Virus record (IMG/VR): IMGVR_UViG_3300027707_000028
Location: 1-48,710 of that record
DNA: 48,710 nt
Reading direction: 5' to 3' (one strand)
From: a virus
Taxonomy: Duplodnaviria; Caudoviricetes
Shown here piece after piece: positions 18,601 through 25,240 of the stretch (the first letter of the stretch is position 1; each line of letters starts with the position of its first letter). The translations under genes and the position numbers were made by a program. Below the pieces are notes generated by a model. It made no database searches. It was not told the origin of the DNA and saw only the letters and a list, made by a program, of their open reading frames with translations.

Positions 18601-20480
18601 GATATGTGGCAATAAGAGGAAGTAGCACAGTAGGTGCAACCTCAGAAGACGGAGTATCATGGACCACAAGAACCAGCTTGATGCCTAGTGTGGAAACCTG
18701 GTCAGCTATGGCTGCAGGCCTGTTTGACGACAATTCTTCTTTAAGTAAAGTCAGCAGATTCGTAGCAGTAGCAGGAGTTGCCGCTAACACCAAAGGCGCA
18801 TACAGTGACGACGGTATTACTTGGTCAGCAACTAGCATGGTAACGTCTGCTGCATGGGTTGATGTGGCATTTGGTGCACAAAAATTCGTGGCAGTCAGCA
18901 GTGATGTAACCACAGTACGAATCAGTAACGACGGCGAAAACTGGGATCAAACTGGAACGTTGACCACAACTGGATTCACAGCAATTGCCTACGGTAAAAA
19001 CAGATTTGTAGCCATAAAGAGAGGTAGCTCAGTGGCCAATTATGCTACTTCAACCACAGTCACAGGCACTTGGACTGCAGGTGCATTGCCTAGTTCATCA
19101 AACTGGGAAAGCATTGCCTACGGTAACAACAGATTTGTTGCTATTTCAAATACCAACGGCGCAATTGCAGCTTATAGTCTAGACGGTATAACTTGGACAG
19201 CCAGCACACTACCGGCCACAGCAGATTGGTACAAAGTCACTTACGGCCAAGGAGTATTCCTTGCTGTGAGCGAATCCACAGCAGCAGCAACATCACCAGA
19301 TGGCATTACTTGGACTACAAGAACCACATCTACAGCAGCCAGCGGTTTCAACTCAATCACTTTTGGTAATAGAGACAGATACGGCTTGTTTGTGGGAGTT
19401 GGGGCCAGCACTGGTACTGTAGCCACATATATCAGAACAGGAGCCACAACTAGAGGTCGAGCCAAAGTGGCTGCTGAAAAACTGTTCCAGGTCAATATCA
19501 CAGAACCTGGATCAGGCTATACCACTGTGCCTACAATCACATTCACTGATCCCAACAACACATTTGAATCTCCTGTAACAGTGAGGAAGAACAGTGGCGT
19601 ATTAGCTAATCCTAGCTTTGTGAACAGAGGCACACAGTTTGTCACAGGCAGCGGTGAAGTAAACACCGGTGATGGTTATTCAGATCTGTTTCAATCTGGC
19701 ACGTTTGTGGCCAGCCGCAGACTCAATCAACGACCTACACCAGGTTCCAATGTGGTATTCAGTCATTTACCTGACAGAGTGTTTAAGTTAGTGAATGTGG
19801 TGACTTTCCTCGGAGACAATGAAGGATCTCACACAGCGTTTCTACAGCTGAGTCCTACTCTAACTATATCAGAAGCGCCACCCGACGGTGCAGCCATCAC
19901 TATGCGACTGAAATACAGCCAAGTTCGACTCACTGGACACGACTTCTTAGACATAGGTACAGGCAGTTTTATTGATACCAATTATCCAGGATTGCCACTG
20001 CAACCGGCAATTCCTGCAAATGAAGCTGTGGAATCAGGCGGTGGGCGAGTGTTCTTTACAAGCACGGATCAAGACGGTAACTTCCGAGTTGGCGATTTGT
20101 TTGCCATTGAACAAAGCACTGGTGTTGCTACCTTGAATGCAGATGCGTTTAATATTTCAGGTCTGCAAGAACTTAACCTAGGCAACGTAACACTGGGTGG
20201 AGGATCAGCTACTATCACGGAATTTTCAACAGATCCGTTCTTTACCGCTGATTCAGATAATATTGTGCCCACACAACGAGCAATCAAAGCATATATCGCA
20301 GGCCAAATTGGTGGCGGTGGTGCTAGCTTGAACGTGAACTCCGTGACAGCAGGTAGTATTTTTATCAGCTCAAACGTGATAACTACTGTGACAACAGGAC
20401 CAATCAAGATGAATGCAGTCTTTGAGTTCAGAGGCGGGGTTATTGGATTACCGATAGCGTTCAATTACTTTTTAACATAA
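12645..20480 (+). CDS. Giant virion structural/fibre protein (2611 aa) with phycobiliprotein-like helical repeats
   Basis: Colinear paralog of 7003..12606 (MAEF..RIR..W; GHDFLDIGTG; EFSTDP.FTADS.NIVPTQRAI) with four C-x-R-D helical units and extra beta modules. Confidence 0.85.
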   Translation: MAEFKLGRIRFVWKNTWTAATTYYIDDVVRYGARTYICAIGHTSGADFNTDLEYSPTKWNQMSDGQSWTGDWNVSTFYKLNDVVKYGGLLYICNDSHTSAATTASGLEADQAKWTVYAEGFDWKTSWTVSTRYKVNDLVKYGGYTYVCNLYHTSAATAASGLEADQAKWDTFNPGVEYQGTWTTAVRYKLNDVVKYGAGLWICAIQHTADAAFLTDSTAGRWTQFNEGTEFENTWSNSTLYQPGDIVVYGGNQYIAKTVHTAASAAATPVITTTDWDLYTEGFKFQSAWANTTSYKIGEVVSIGGYTYLAAQDAPSTTVTVTEVTAATDTFTIASTTGIVVGMAVRFTGTTFGNVFTTARYYVKTVAAGNITVSTTPGGTTFNITADAAGTMTATVSAEPPNTTYWSRLNAGISWQGLWSDDRDYLLGDAVRFGANAYICLLSHRSEGDDGSTVGAAGGGQVYSRPDQDSTGTYWSLLSVGSETDILSVRGDLVYYGGAGPTRLPIGREGQVLVSTGIDPEWVTLGETDHTYFVATTGTDLPSPVHGRTWDKPFKTIRYACEQVERGPRNPDARYLLELNRVFVQREVTEFIQNQITNNIAPFIGFVYDDFKCERDVGFTLDAVIYDLCHGGNIKSRGVANSLIGGLSPGETEAYPGLTTEGTKSVAAYNYMLTVVGNVLAQTAPTINYQTLNGDNSTATVAQYFNSGLTAEATALTTVTASVTLITNAITARVAAVTAPQIAAAIASVPARYSPSNLIRIATGQYRETLPIIVPEQTCVIGDELRSTNAGPAGSQTNRSDAGYSVGALTRLQTVVDQIVRGTNVTESSGNTTVQSAVFPYASTDEAADAAQLVRVMQHQIDFKISSTFMESSANPTGYNTAFLTGFGDARTLLRENKEFIKEEITAYLTVNFPAVKYSRTKCKRDVAFIVDAMGYDLTYGGTWATLVAGTAYFDGDNSTTLQIDSTEIAATVAAYGRLKIIVQEIIANTSVTKSTGNAATQWTDSTNLTGGAAANVTVGALVDIITNIIQGDSTEATTPQINVTTIAGTNTFTSTAHGLAVGDAVIPRITANGLVNGVKYWVSAVASANTFSLAATYGAGTLTTFTNGSGLAIDLETIDYPTATNAVTSTTALITAANTLDAAQETIVQNVVDDLNAVAWHTDFVVDETSLTSTNFRIYVGKTNLVHTYVSGGTVTKSDSSTLAISNFVYNESTGYAIVTTATHGLAAGDIVNITSITVSCLSSGGTAFNAIFPSAYKTDGVTAKILYLQTKCIRDTRLILEAVMFDFMFNSNFKTREAAYSYLRASASEVFVGNQKTITRDALTNAKTEAIANVGGNATAQARIETLMTLVDDILYGATNEGSRCATGNRMVDYAVLQLERNRDYIVAEIDAYIDSTYTTTVTVATAATDLFTCSSTSWMTRNAAIRFTGTIGGVSTTTTYYVQNVVSATTFKIATTRDSNTAFDIATDGSGSMTVALYYSSTACLRDVNTYIDALKYDLKYPGNYKSRYAARYYANSVTGSLEEDMYYLRDSTGVRDQTLQGLTGDLLAPNEFGTSRVSAGAYASLDPGWGPEDYRTWIITRSPYVQGVTTLGTACIGQKIDGALHNGGNDSIVSNDFTQVLSDGIGAWITNNGRAELVSVFAYYNHIAYLAENGGRIRATNGNNSYGDFGSVAEGFDATETPDTGIVDNRLQFEAVIDRVITDGSALLQIEFQNAGIDYTEVNYTLTGGGSGQVVETDEFRDDAVFEIRMLDLIDDSTNAPEADGNLGGFGYITNSNTAQGGTSTSVTIAATDGESSTAYIGMKIVITGGAGVGQFGIINTYNSGTKVAGLIKESDGTAGFDHLIAGTTIASPDASTTYIIEPRVTFTAPGYTSTAATLPTSGDWTAVKYGETAAVYTTLTGTYTGSGLGATFTVIRNGWKYTPSVQAAGTGYTRLQTITILGTSLGGTTTTNDLVITITAVNSTTGAIIDFDHSGYGIGGRYVAIRGSSTVGATSEDGVSWTTRTSLMPSVETWSAMAAGLFDDNSSLSKVSRFVAVAGVAANTKGAYSDDGITWSATSMVTSAAWVDVAFGAQKFVAVSSDVTTVRISNDGENWDQTGTLTTTGFTAIAYGKNRFVAIKRGSSVANYATSTTVTGTWTAGALPSSSNWESIAYGNNRFVAISNTNGAIAAYSLDGITWTASTLPATADWYKVTYGQGVFLAVSESTAAATSPDGITWTTRTTSTAASGFNSITFGNRDRYGLFVGVGASTGTVATYIRTGATTRGRAKVAAEKLFQVNITEPGSGYTTVPTITFTDPNNTFESPVTVRKNSGVLANPSFVNRGTQFVTGSGEVNTGDGYSDLFQSGTFVASRRLNQRPTPGSNVVFSHLPDRVFKLVNVVTFLGDNEGSHTAFLQLSPTLTISEAPPDGAAITMRLKYSQVRLTGHDFLDIGTGSFIDTNYPGLPLQPAIPANEAVESGGGRVFFTSTDQDGNFRVGDLFAIEQSTGVATLNADAFNISGLQELNLGNVTLGGGSATITEFSTDPFFTADSDNIVPTQRAIKAYIAGQIGGGGASLNVNSVTAGSIFISSNVITTVTTGPIKMNAVFEFRGGVIGLPIAFNYFLT
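12933..13151 (+). repeat. Near-identical intragenic repeat, 165-nt period
   Basis: 12933-12986 and 13098-13151 both encode HTSAAT(T/A)ASGLEADQAKW with mostly conserved codons. Confidence 0.8.
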
Positions 20481-20483
20481 ATA
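20478..20483 (+). promoter_or_regulatory. Late promoter core TAAATA overlapping the stop codon
   Basis: ACATAAATATATAC, then GGAG RBS before ATG 20503. Confidence 0.65.
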
Positions 20484-20502
20484 TATACATGGAGAATACA
20501 TT

Positions 20503-20832
20503 ATGGCAACAGGAAGACTAGGAGTAGCAAATCTATCAGCGGCGACCAATACCACGGTATACGATGTACCAGACAGTACATTTGCAGTGGTAACACTCAG
20601 CATATGCAATCGCAGCGCATCAGCAGTCACTATTCAAGTGGCAATTTGCACTGCGGCAACGGCAGCAACCCCGGACGTTTCGGAGTACATTGAATTTGAT
20701 ACTTCATTATCGGCCAAGGGTGTGTTGGAGCGCACAGGTATTGTTATGGATGCAGATAAAAGATTAGTGGTCCGCTCAAGCGCTGTAAGCGTGAATGCTG
20801 TGGTCTACGGTATTGAAACTGCAACAGCTTAA
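20503..20832 (+). CDS. Small beta-rich virion protein (109 aa)
   Basis: TVYDVP..TFAVVTLSICNR...VLERTGIV...LVVRS...VNAVVYGIE; family with 2869 and 6282. Confidence 0.8.
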   Translation: MATGRLGVANLSAATNTTVYDVPDSTFAVVTLSICNRSASAVTIQVAICTAATAATPDVSEYIEFDTSLSAKGVLERTGIVMDADKRLVVRSSAVSVNAVVYGIETATA

Positions 20833-20847
20833 TAAAAGGATAAGACT

Positions 20848-21720
20848 ATGTCAAGAAAAATCACAGGCGGCCTTGTAGGTAGTTCATCGCTGGTAGGAGC
20901 TATCCAAATTTCGCCCGACTCGGCATTGTCCACCGCGGCGAATCAAGATATTACGTTTAGTCCGGGCGGAACCGGTCGGATGGTTTCTACTGCAAGCTTT
21001 CAATTAAATACGCAGAAAGCTTTGAGATTCGGCGACTTAGACAGCTCGAACTATGTTGCGTTTGCTGCACCTGCAACGATAGCGGCTGATTTAACCTGGA
21101 CACTGCCTGCTGCCGACGGCTCAACGGGCCAAGTACTCACAACCAATTCATCAGGGATCCTGAGTTGGACATCAAAATCTGTTACAGTTACTGATCAAAC
21201 ATCATCAGCAAGCACCCATTATCCTTTATTCGCCCTTGCCACTGGCACAGTGTCTGACTTAAATGTGTCAACTACCAAAATGACATTTCAGCCAAGCGTT
21301 GGCAAGTTGAATTTGTTAGGCGCTCAGACCAGCAACAGCAACACCTCTGGAACACTGGTAGTAACTGGCGGAGTTGGCGTAAGTGGTGCATTGTATGTAG
21401 GCGGAGAAGTTGTTGCATATGCAGCTTCGGATATTAAACTAAAAGAAAATCTTTCAAAGATTGAAAATAGCCTAGAAAAATTGTTAAAAATATCAGGCTA
21501 TCAGTATCACTGGAATAAAATTGCGCAAGAAATGTATCCAGAACGCACCATGCTGGACGTGGGAGTTATTGCTCAAGAAGTAAAAGAAATAGTACCATCA
21601 GCTGTGGTTGAAAGAGAAGACGGATATCTTGCTGTAAAGTATGAAAAACTGATTCCCTTGCTGATAGAAGCGGTCAAGGCGCTAAAAGCAGAAATTGAAG
21701 ATATGAAAAGAGAGAATTAA
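20848..21720 (+). CDS. Tail fibre protein with C-terminal intramolecular chaperone (peptidase S74-like)
   Basis: SDIKLKENL...YHW...GVIAQEV..IVP.AV...DGYLAVKYEKLIPLLIEAVKAL coiled coil; GALYVGG/GTLVVTGGVGV fibre repeats. Confidence 0.88.
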   Translation: MSRKITGGLVGSSSLVGAIQISPDSALSTAANQDITFSPGGTGRMVSTASFQLNTQKALRFGDLDSSNYVAFAAPATIAADLTWTLPAADGSTGQVLTTNSSGILSWTSKSVTVTDQTSSASTHYPLFALATGTVSDLNVSTTKMTFQPSVGKLNLLGAQTSNSNTSGTLVVTGGVGVSGALYVGGEVVAYAASDIKLKENLSKIENSLEKLLKISGYQYHWNKIAQEMYPERTMLDVGVIAQEVKEIVPSAVVEREDGYLAVKYEKLIPLLIEAVKALKAEIEDMKREN

Positions 21721-21722
21721 AA

Positions 21723-22550
21723 ATGCCAGTACAGTTATCAAATTGCGGTATAATTTTTTCCAATGGTCAGCACAAGTGCAGGATTGAAGAACAAAGAGAA
21801 ATTTATGTCTGGAATCTCAACAATTGGTCACCACAGAATGGCGGCCAGTGTTGTGCGTGGACAGTACCCACAGGGACTACTTCAATCAAGTTTGAAATAC
21901 TGTCAGGTGGCGGCCCAGGTGGCTCGTCAGGTGGTGACTATGATCACGGCATCGGTGGCCAAGGCGGCAATTATGGTGTAAGATCACTGCAAAAATCAGT
22001 GAATGGATTTGTAGATGGCGCAACATATACTGTATGCGCTGCTGGCTCATCGGATTGTAGCTGCTGCTGTTCATGTAACCAAAATTGTCGTCATGGATGC
22101 ACCAGCTTTGTTAATGGCACTGGTCTCAGCAATTTCTGTGCCATCGGCGGCATGGGTGGCTTTACTATGTGGGATATGACCTCCAGCTGCTATAACTGCC
22201 ACATTGGTAATGTTCAGTGTAACGTGGGTAACTTCAATGCCGGTTGGGGCAATAATGCTTGTGACTCGCCAGTATACGGGTCTGATATGTGTTTTAGAGG
22301 AACAGCTGGATCATACAATTCTTCATATGACTGTTGTGCAGATAACTTTTCTGTTGCAGGAGCACCTTCTGGACCAATTAGTACACAGCACGGAGTTGGC
22401 GGCAAACATCGCTGCGTGGGTAACTTGGCCTGCTGTTCAGCACACGCAACTTTCCCAGGTGGCGGCGGCGCAGGCCACGCAATTGACTCATCAAGTGCCT
22501 GCTGGGGCAGTTTTGGCTCAGGTGGCCTCGTTAGAATAACATATAGTTAA
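21723..22550 (+). CDS. Cys/Gly-rich fibre-associated protein, copy A (275 aa)
   Basis: WTVPTGTTSIKFEILSGGGPGG...GGQGGNY...GSGGLVRITY glycine-rich-domain frame; 24 Cys including CSCCCSC. Confidence 0.8.
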   Translation: MPVQLSNCGIIFSNGQHKCRIEEQREIYVWNLNNWSPQNGGQCCAWTVPTGTTSIKFEILSGGGPGGSSGGDYDHGIGGQGGNYGVRSLQKSVNGFVDGATYTVCAAGSSDCSCCCSCNQNCRHGCTSFVNGTGLSNFCAIGGMGGFTMWDMTSSCYNCHIGNVQCNVGNFNAGWGNNACDSPVYGSDMCFRGTAGSYNSSYDCCADNFSVAGAPSGPISTQHGVGGKHRCVGNLACCSAHATFPGGGGAGHAIDSSSACWGSFGSGGLVRITYS

Positions 22551-22560
22551 GGAGAAATAA

Positions 22561-23388
22561 ATGCCAACGTGTTTATCGAGTACAGGAATAATTTACGGCA
22601 ACAGCCAACATCAATGTAAAATTGCAGAAATTAATGAAATTTATGTCTGGAATGTCAACAATTGGAGCCCACAGAATGGCGGTCGTTGTTGTGCATTTGT
22701 AGTACCCAATGGTACTACATCTATAAAGTTTGAAATACTGTCAGGTGGCGGCCCAGGTGGCTCATCAGGTGGTGACCATGATCACGGAGTTGGTGGCCAA
22801 GGCGGCAATTATGGCGTAAGAACACTGCAAAAATCAGTGAATGGATTTGCAGATGGCGCAACATACACTGTGTGTGCCGCTGGATCATCGGACTGTAGCT
22901 GCTGCTGTTCATGTAACCAAAATTGTCGTCATGGATGCACCAGTTATGTCAACGGCACTGGTCTCAGCAACTTCTGTGCCATCGGCGGCATGGGTGGGTC
23001 GACTTCATGGGACATGATCTCAAACTGTTACAACTGCCACATTGGAAATACTCAATGCGATCTAGGCAACTACAATGCTGGTTGGGTCAATCATGCTTGT
23101 AATAGCCCAGTATACGGGTCCGATATGTGTTTTAGAGGCACAACTGGATCATATAATCACCAATACAACTGTTGTGCCGATGCGTTCGCAGTAGCAGGTG
23201 GTCCAAGCGGCCCGTGGTCTGCACCTCACGGAATTGGCGGCAAACATCGCTGCGTGGGCAATTTGGCCTGCTGTTCAGCACACGCAGCTTTCCCAGGCGG
23301 TGGCGGCTCAGGCCACGCAATCGACTCATCGAGTGCCTGTTGGGGCAGTTTTGGTTCTGGTGGTCTTGTTAGAATAACATATAGTTAA
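22561..23388 (+). CDS. Cys/Gly-rich fibre-associated protein, copy B (275 aa)
   Basis: Gap-free paralog of copy A; 24 Cys; AAGGAG RBS. Confidence 0.8.
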   Translation: MPTCLSSTGIIYGNSQHQCKIAEINEIYVWNVNNWSPQNGGRCCAFVVPNGTTSIKFEILSGGGPGGSSGGDHDHGVGGQGGNYGVRTLQKSVNGFADGATYTVCAAGSSDCSCCCSCNQNCRHGCTSYVNGTGLSNFCAIGGMGGSTSWDMISNCYNCHIGNTQCDLGNYNAGWVNHACNSPVYGSDMCFRGTTGSYNHQYNCCADAFAVAGGPSGPWSAPHGIGGKHRCVGNLACCSAHAAFPGGGGSGHAIDSSSACWGSFGSGGLVRITYS

Positions 23389-23398
23389 GGAGAAATAA

Positions 23399-24115
23399 AT
23401 GGCACACATAACCAAAATGCTGACATACAGCATACCAGATCACTTATTTTCGTTGGAAAATACGTTGGGTAAAACCAGTACACAGTTATACGAAGGCCCG
23501 GACGAAATAGTCATGTGGCTCGATAAAGAAACTGGCTATTTGACGCAGGCGTTTGCACCAGAAGACGAGCCAGATCGTCCCCTACCATTGGATCTCAAAA
23601 GAGAAATATTAAAAGCAGATACCGACATAAACTGCTGCAAAATTGGATTGATCTACGGCGGATTAGAAGCACCAAAGATTTACGAAGTTTCTGTTGGTCC
23701 AGTTGATCAACCAAATGCCACAGTTGTAGATCCTTCTGATATTAGAATTGTTTATGATAAACAATCTGTAACTGACGATTACACAGCACCGCTTAAATTC
23801 TTTGAGAACAAAAGAGAGTTTAGTGATGAGCGGCTTAGAAAGATGAGAGATACAAGGCTAGCTGCGAGTGATGGCAAAATTGCTCCAGACATGCCAGAAG
23901 CTCTGAAACAACAATGGCTGGATTATAGACAAAAACTTAGAGACCTTCCTGCAGATTGGGCAGATGTACCTAACTATCTTGTGAGATTTCCTCGGAGTCC
24001 TGAAGACGGTCCTAACATGGAGTTTGAACATGAGCACGTTCAGGTTATTAGAATCGCAGACAGAGATGCCTCCGATGCTGATGCTTTACAAAATCTACCC
24101 CCAGGCGTTAATTAA
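23399..24115 (+). CDS. Phage tail (fibre) assembly chaperone-like protein
   Basis: LRKMRDTRLAASD...PDMP...WLDYRQKLRDLP...FP motif of the phage tail assembly chaperone family. Confidence 0.8.
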   Translation: MAHITKMLTYSIPDHLFSLENTLGKTSTQLYEGPDEIVMWLDKETGYLTQAFAPEDEPDRPLPLDLKREILKADTDINCCKIGLIYGGLEAPKIYEVSVGPVDQPNATVVDPSDIRIVYDKQSVTDDYTAPLKFFENKREFSDERLRKMRDTRLAASDGKIAPDMPEALKQQWLDYRQKLRDLPADWADVPNYLVRFPRSPEDGPNMEFEHEHVQVIRIADRDASDADALQNLPPGVN

Positions 24116-24118
24116 TTT

Positions 24119-24160
24119 CGAGTAGTATTGTGCTGGCAACAGCACAATACTCAACGCTCG
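24119..24160 (+). other. Long stable hairpin (possible atypical terminator or processing site)
   Basis: Perfect 12-bp stem AGTATTGTGCTG-GCAA-CAGCACAATACT (24124-24151), extendable by CGAGT/GCTCG; no U-tract. Confidence 0.7.
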
Positions 24161-24193
24161 CTCACATTATTCTTAGAGGCCTAGCCCTCAAAA

Positions 24194-24199
24194 TAAATA
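24194..24199 (+). promoter_or_regulatory. Late promoter core TAAATA for the enzyme cassette
   Basis: AAATAAATATCG, 30 nt before ATG 24230. Confidence 0.7.
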
Positions 24200-24229
24200 T
24201 CGTACTAGATAGCAAAGGTTACGATATCA

Positions 24230-25216
24230 ATGAAAAAAGCATTTTTTATAAATGGCGGCGCAGGTCGAGTACTATGTGCCATTCCCGCACTAGAGCACTA
24301 TGTCAAGCACACTGATCCAACAGCAGTCATTGTTGTTGAAGGTTGGATAGATCTATATTTAACCAGCAAAATATTAGCAAATAATGTGCATCATGCTACC
24401 AACCCAGATCTTTTTGAAAAATTAAAAGATAGAGAAATCATAACTCCCGAACCGTATAAACTAAACGCATACTTTACTCAAAGATGCAATCTTGTGCAGG
24501 CGTTTGACATGTTGATCAACTACGATGTTCCGCCCGAAATCATCCCAGAAACCAAAGAATACAATATCTTTATTGGCAAAAAGGATATTGCACAAGCCAA
24601 CGAACTGGTCAACGAAGCTAGAAATCATTTTAAAAAGCAACAAGTAGTAATCTTCCAACCATTTGGAAAAACAGCTGGATTACAGGGCAATACTATCATT
24701 GACGAAAGTGGTAGATCATTTGAAGTCGATGATATTGTAAAAATACTTGAAGAACTGAATAAAGATTATGCTGTTATAATGATGAGCGAGTTAAAAATTC
24801 CTGGAAACAGAGCACTAGGAGTAATGGTACCAGAGAGTGTTAGTTTATTACAATGGACTGCAATTATTAATGCTGCTGATTATTTCTTGGGCTGCGACTC
24901 AGTGGGACAGCATGTTGCACATGCTCTAAAGAAACCAGGCACAGTGGTTATAGGCGGTACATTCCCTGAAAATATTTCGTATCCTGGCAGCAGCACACTT
25001 ACTATAATTGATAACGGCAAAGACGAAAGACGGTATTCTCCAATAAGAGTTGCGGTAGACATTAGGATTGATAGACACAATGAAAATCTAATGGTGCTTA
25101 GTGACGAAACTATCAAGACAATCGTCAAAAAAATTAAAACTACATTAGGTAAAACTGCCAAGGCATATGTTGAACCTAAACAAGCTGCTGGGTGTTCTGC
25201 ACCCAGCTGTGCTTGA
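24230..25216 (+). CDS. Glycosyltransferase family 9-like (heptosyltransferase-like)
   Basis: N-terminal GGAGRVLCAIPAL and C-terminal AIINAADYFLGCDSVGQHVAHAL resemble GT9 (G.GD...P.L; DSG..H.A.AL). Confidence 0.72.
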   Translation: MKKAFFINGGAGRVLCAIPALEHYVKHTDPTAVIVVEGWIDLYLTSKILANNVHHATNPDLFEKLKDREIITPEPYKLNAYFTQRCNLVQAFDMLINYDVPPEIIPETKEYNIFIGKKDIAQANELVNEARNHFKKQQVVIFQPFGKTAGLQGNTIIDESGRSFEVDDIVKILEELNKDYAVIMMSELKIPGNRALGVMVPESVSLLQWTAIINAADYFLGCDSVGQHVAHALKKPGTVVIGGTFPENISYPGSSTLTIIDNGKDERRYSPIRVAVDIRIDRHNENLMVLSDETIKTIVKKIKTTLGKTAKAYVEPKQAAGCSAPSCA

Positions 25217-25240
25217 AATAAATGTCACAAGGAAAAAATA

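Larger units (their letters stand above)
21723..23401 (+). repeat. Tandem gene duplication, 838-nt period
   Basis: Long identical DNA blocks in both copies, including 34 nt spanning gene end, stop, RBS and next ATG (22530-22563 = 23368-23401). Confidence 0.92.

Noticed and set aside
21723-23388. Diversity-generating retroelement TR/VR pair
   Set aside because: Differences between copies are not adenine-specific, both copies are full genes, and no reverse transcriptase is in the window.
21723-23388. RiPP precursors for the adjacent enzyme cassette
   Set aside because: At 275 aa with a folded glycine-rich fibre scaffold and a tail chaperone next door, they lack leader/core organisation.
24130-24315. 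61-aa ORF across the hairpin region
   Set aside because: Starts within the hairpin with no RBS and overlaps the glycosyltransferase start; better explained as regulatory DNA.
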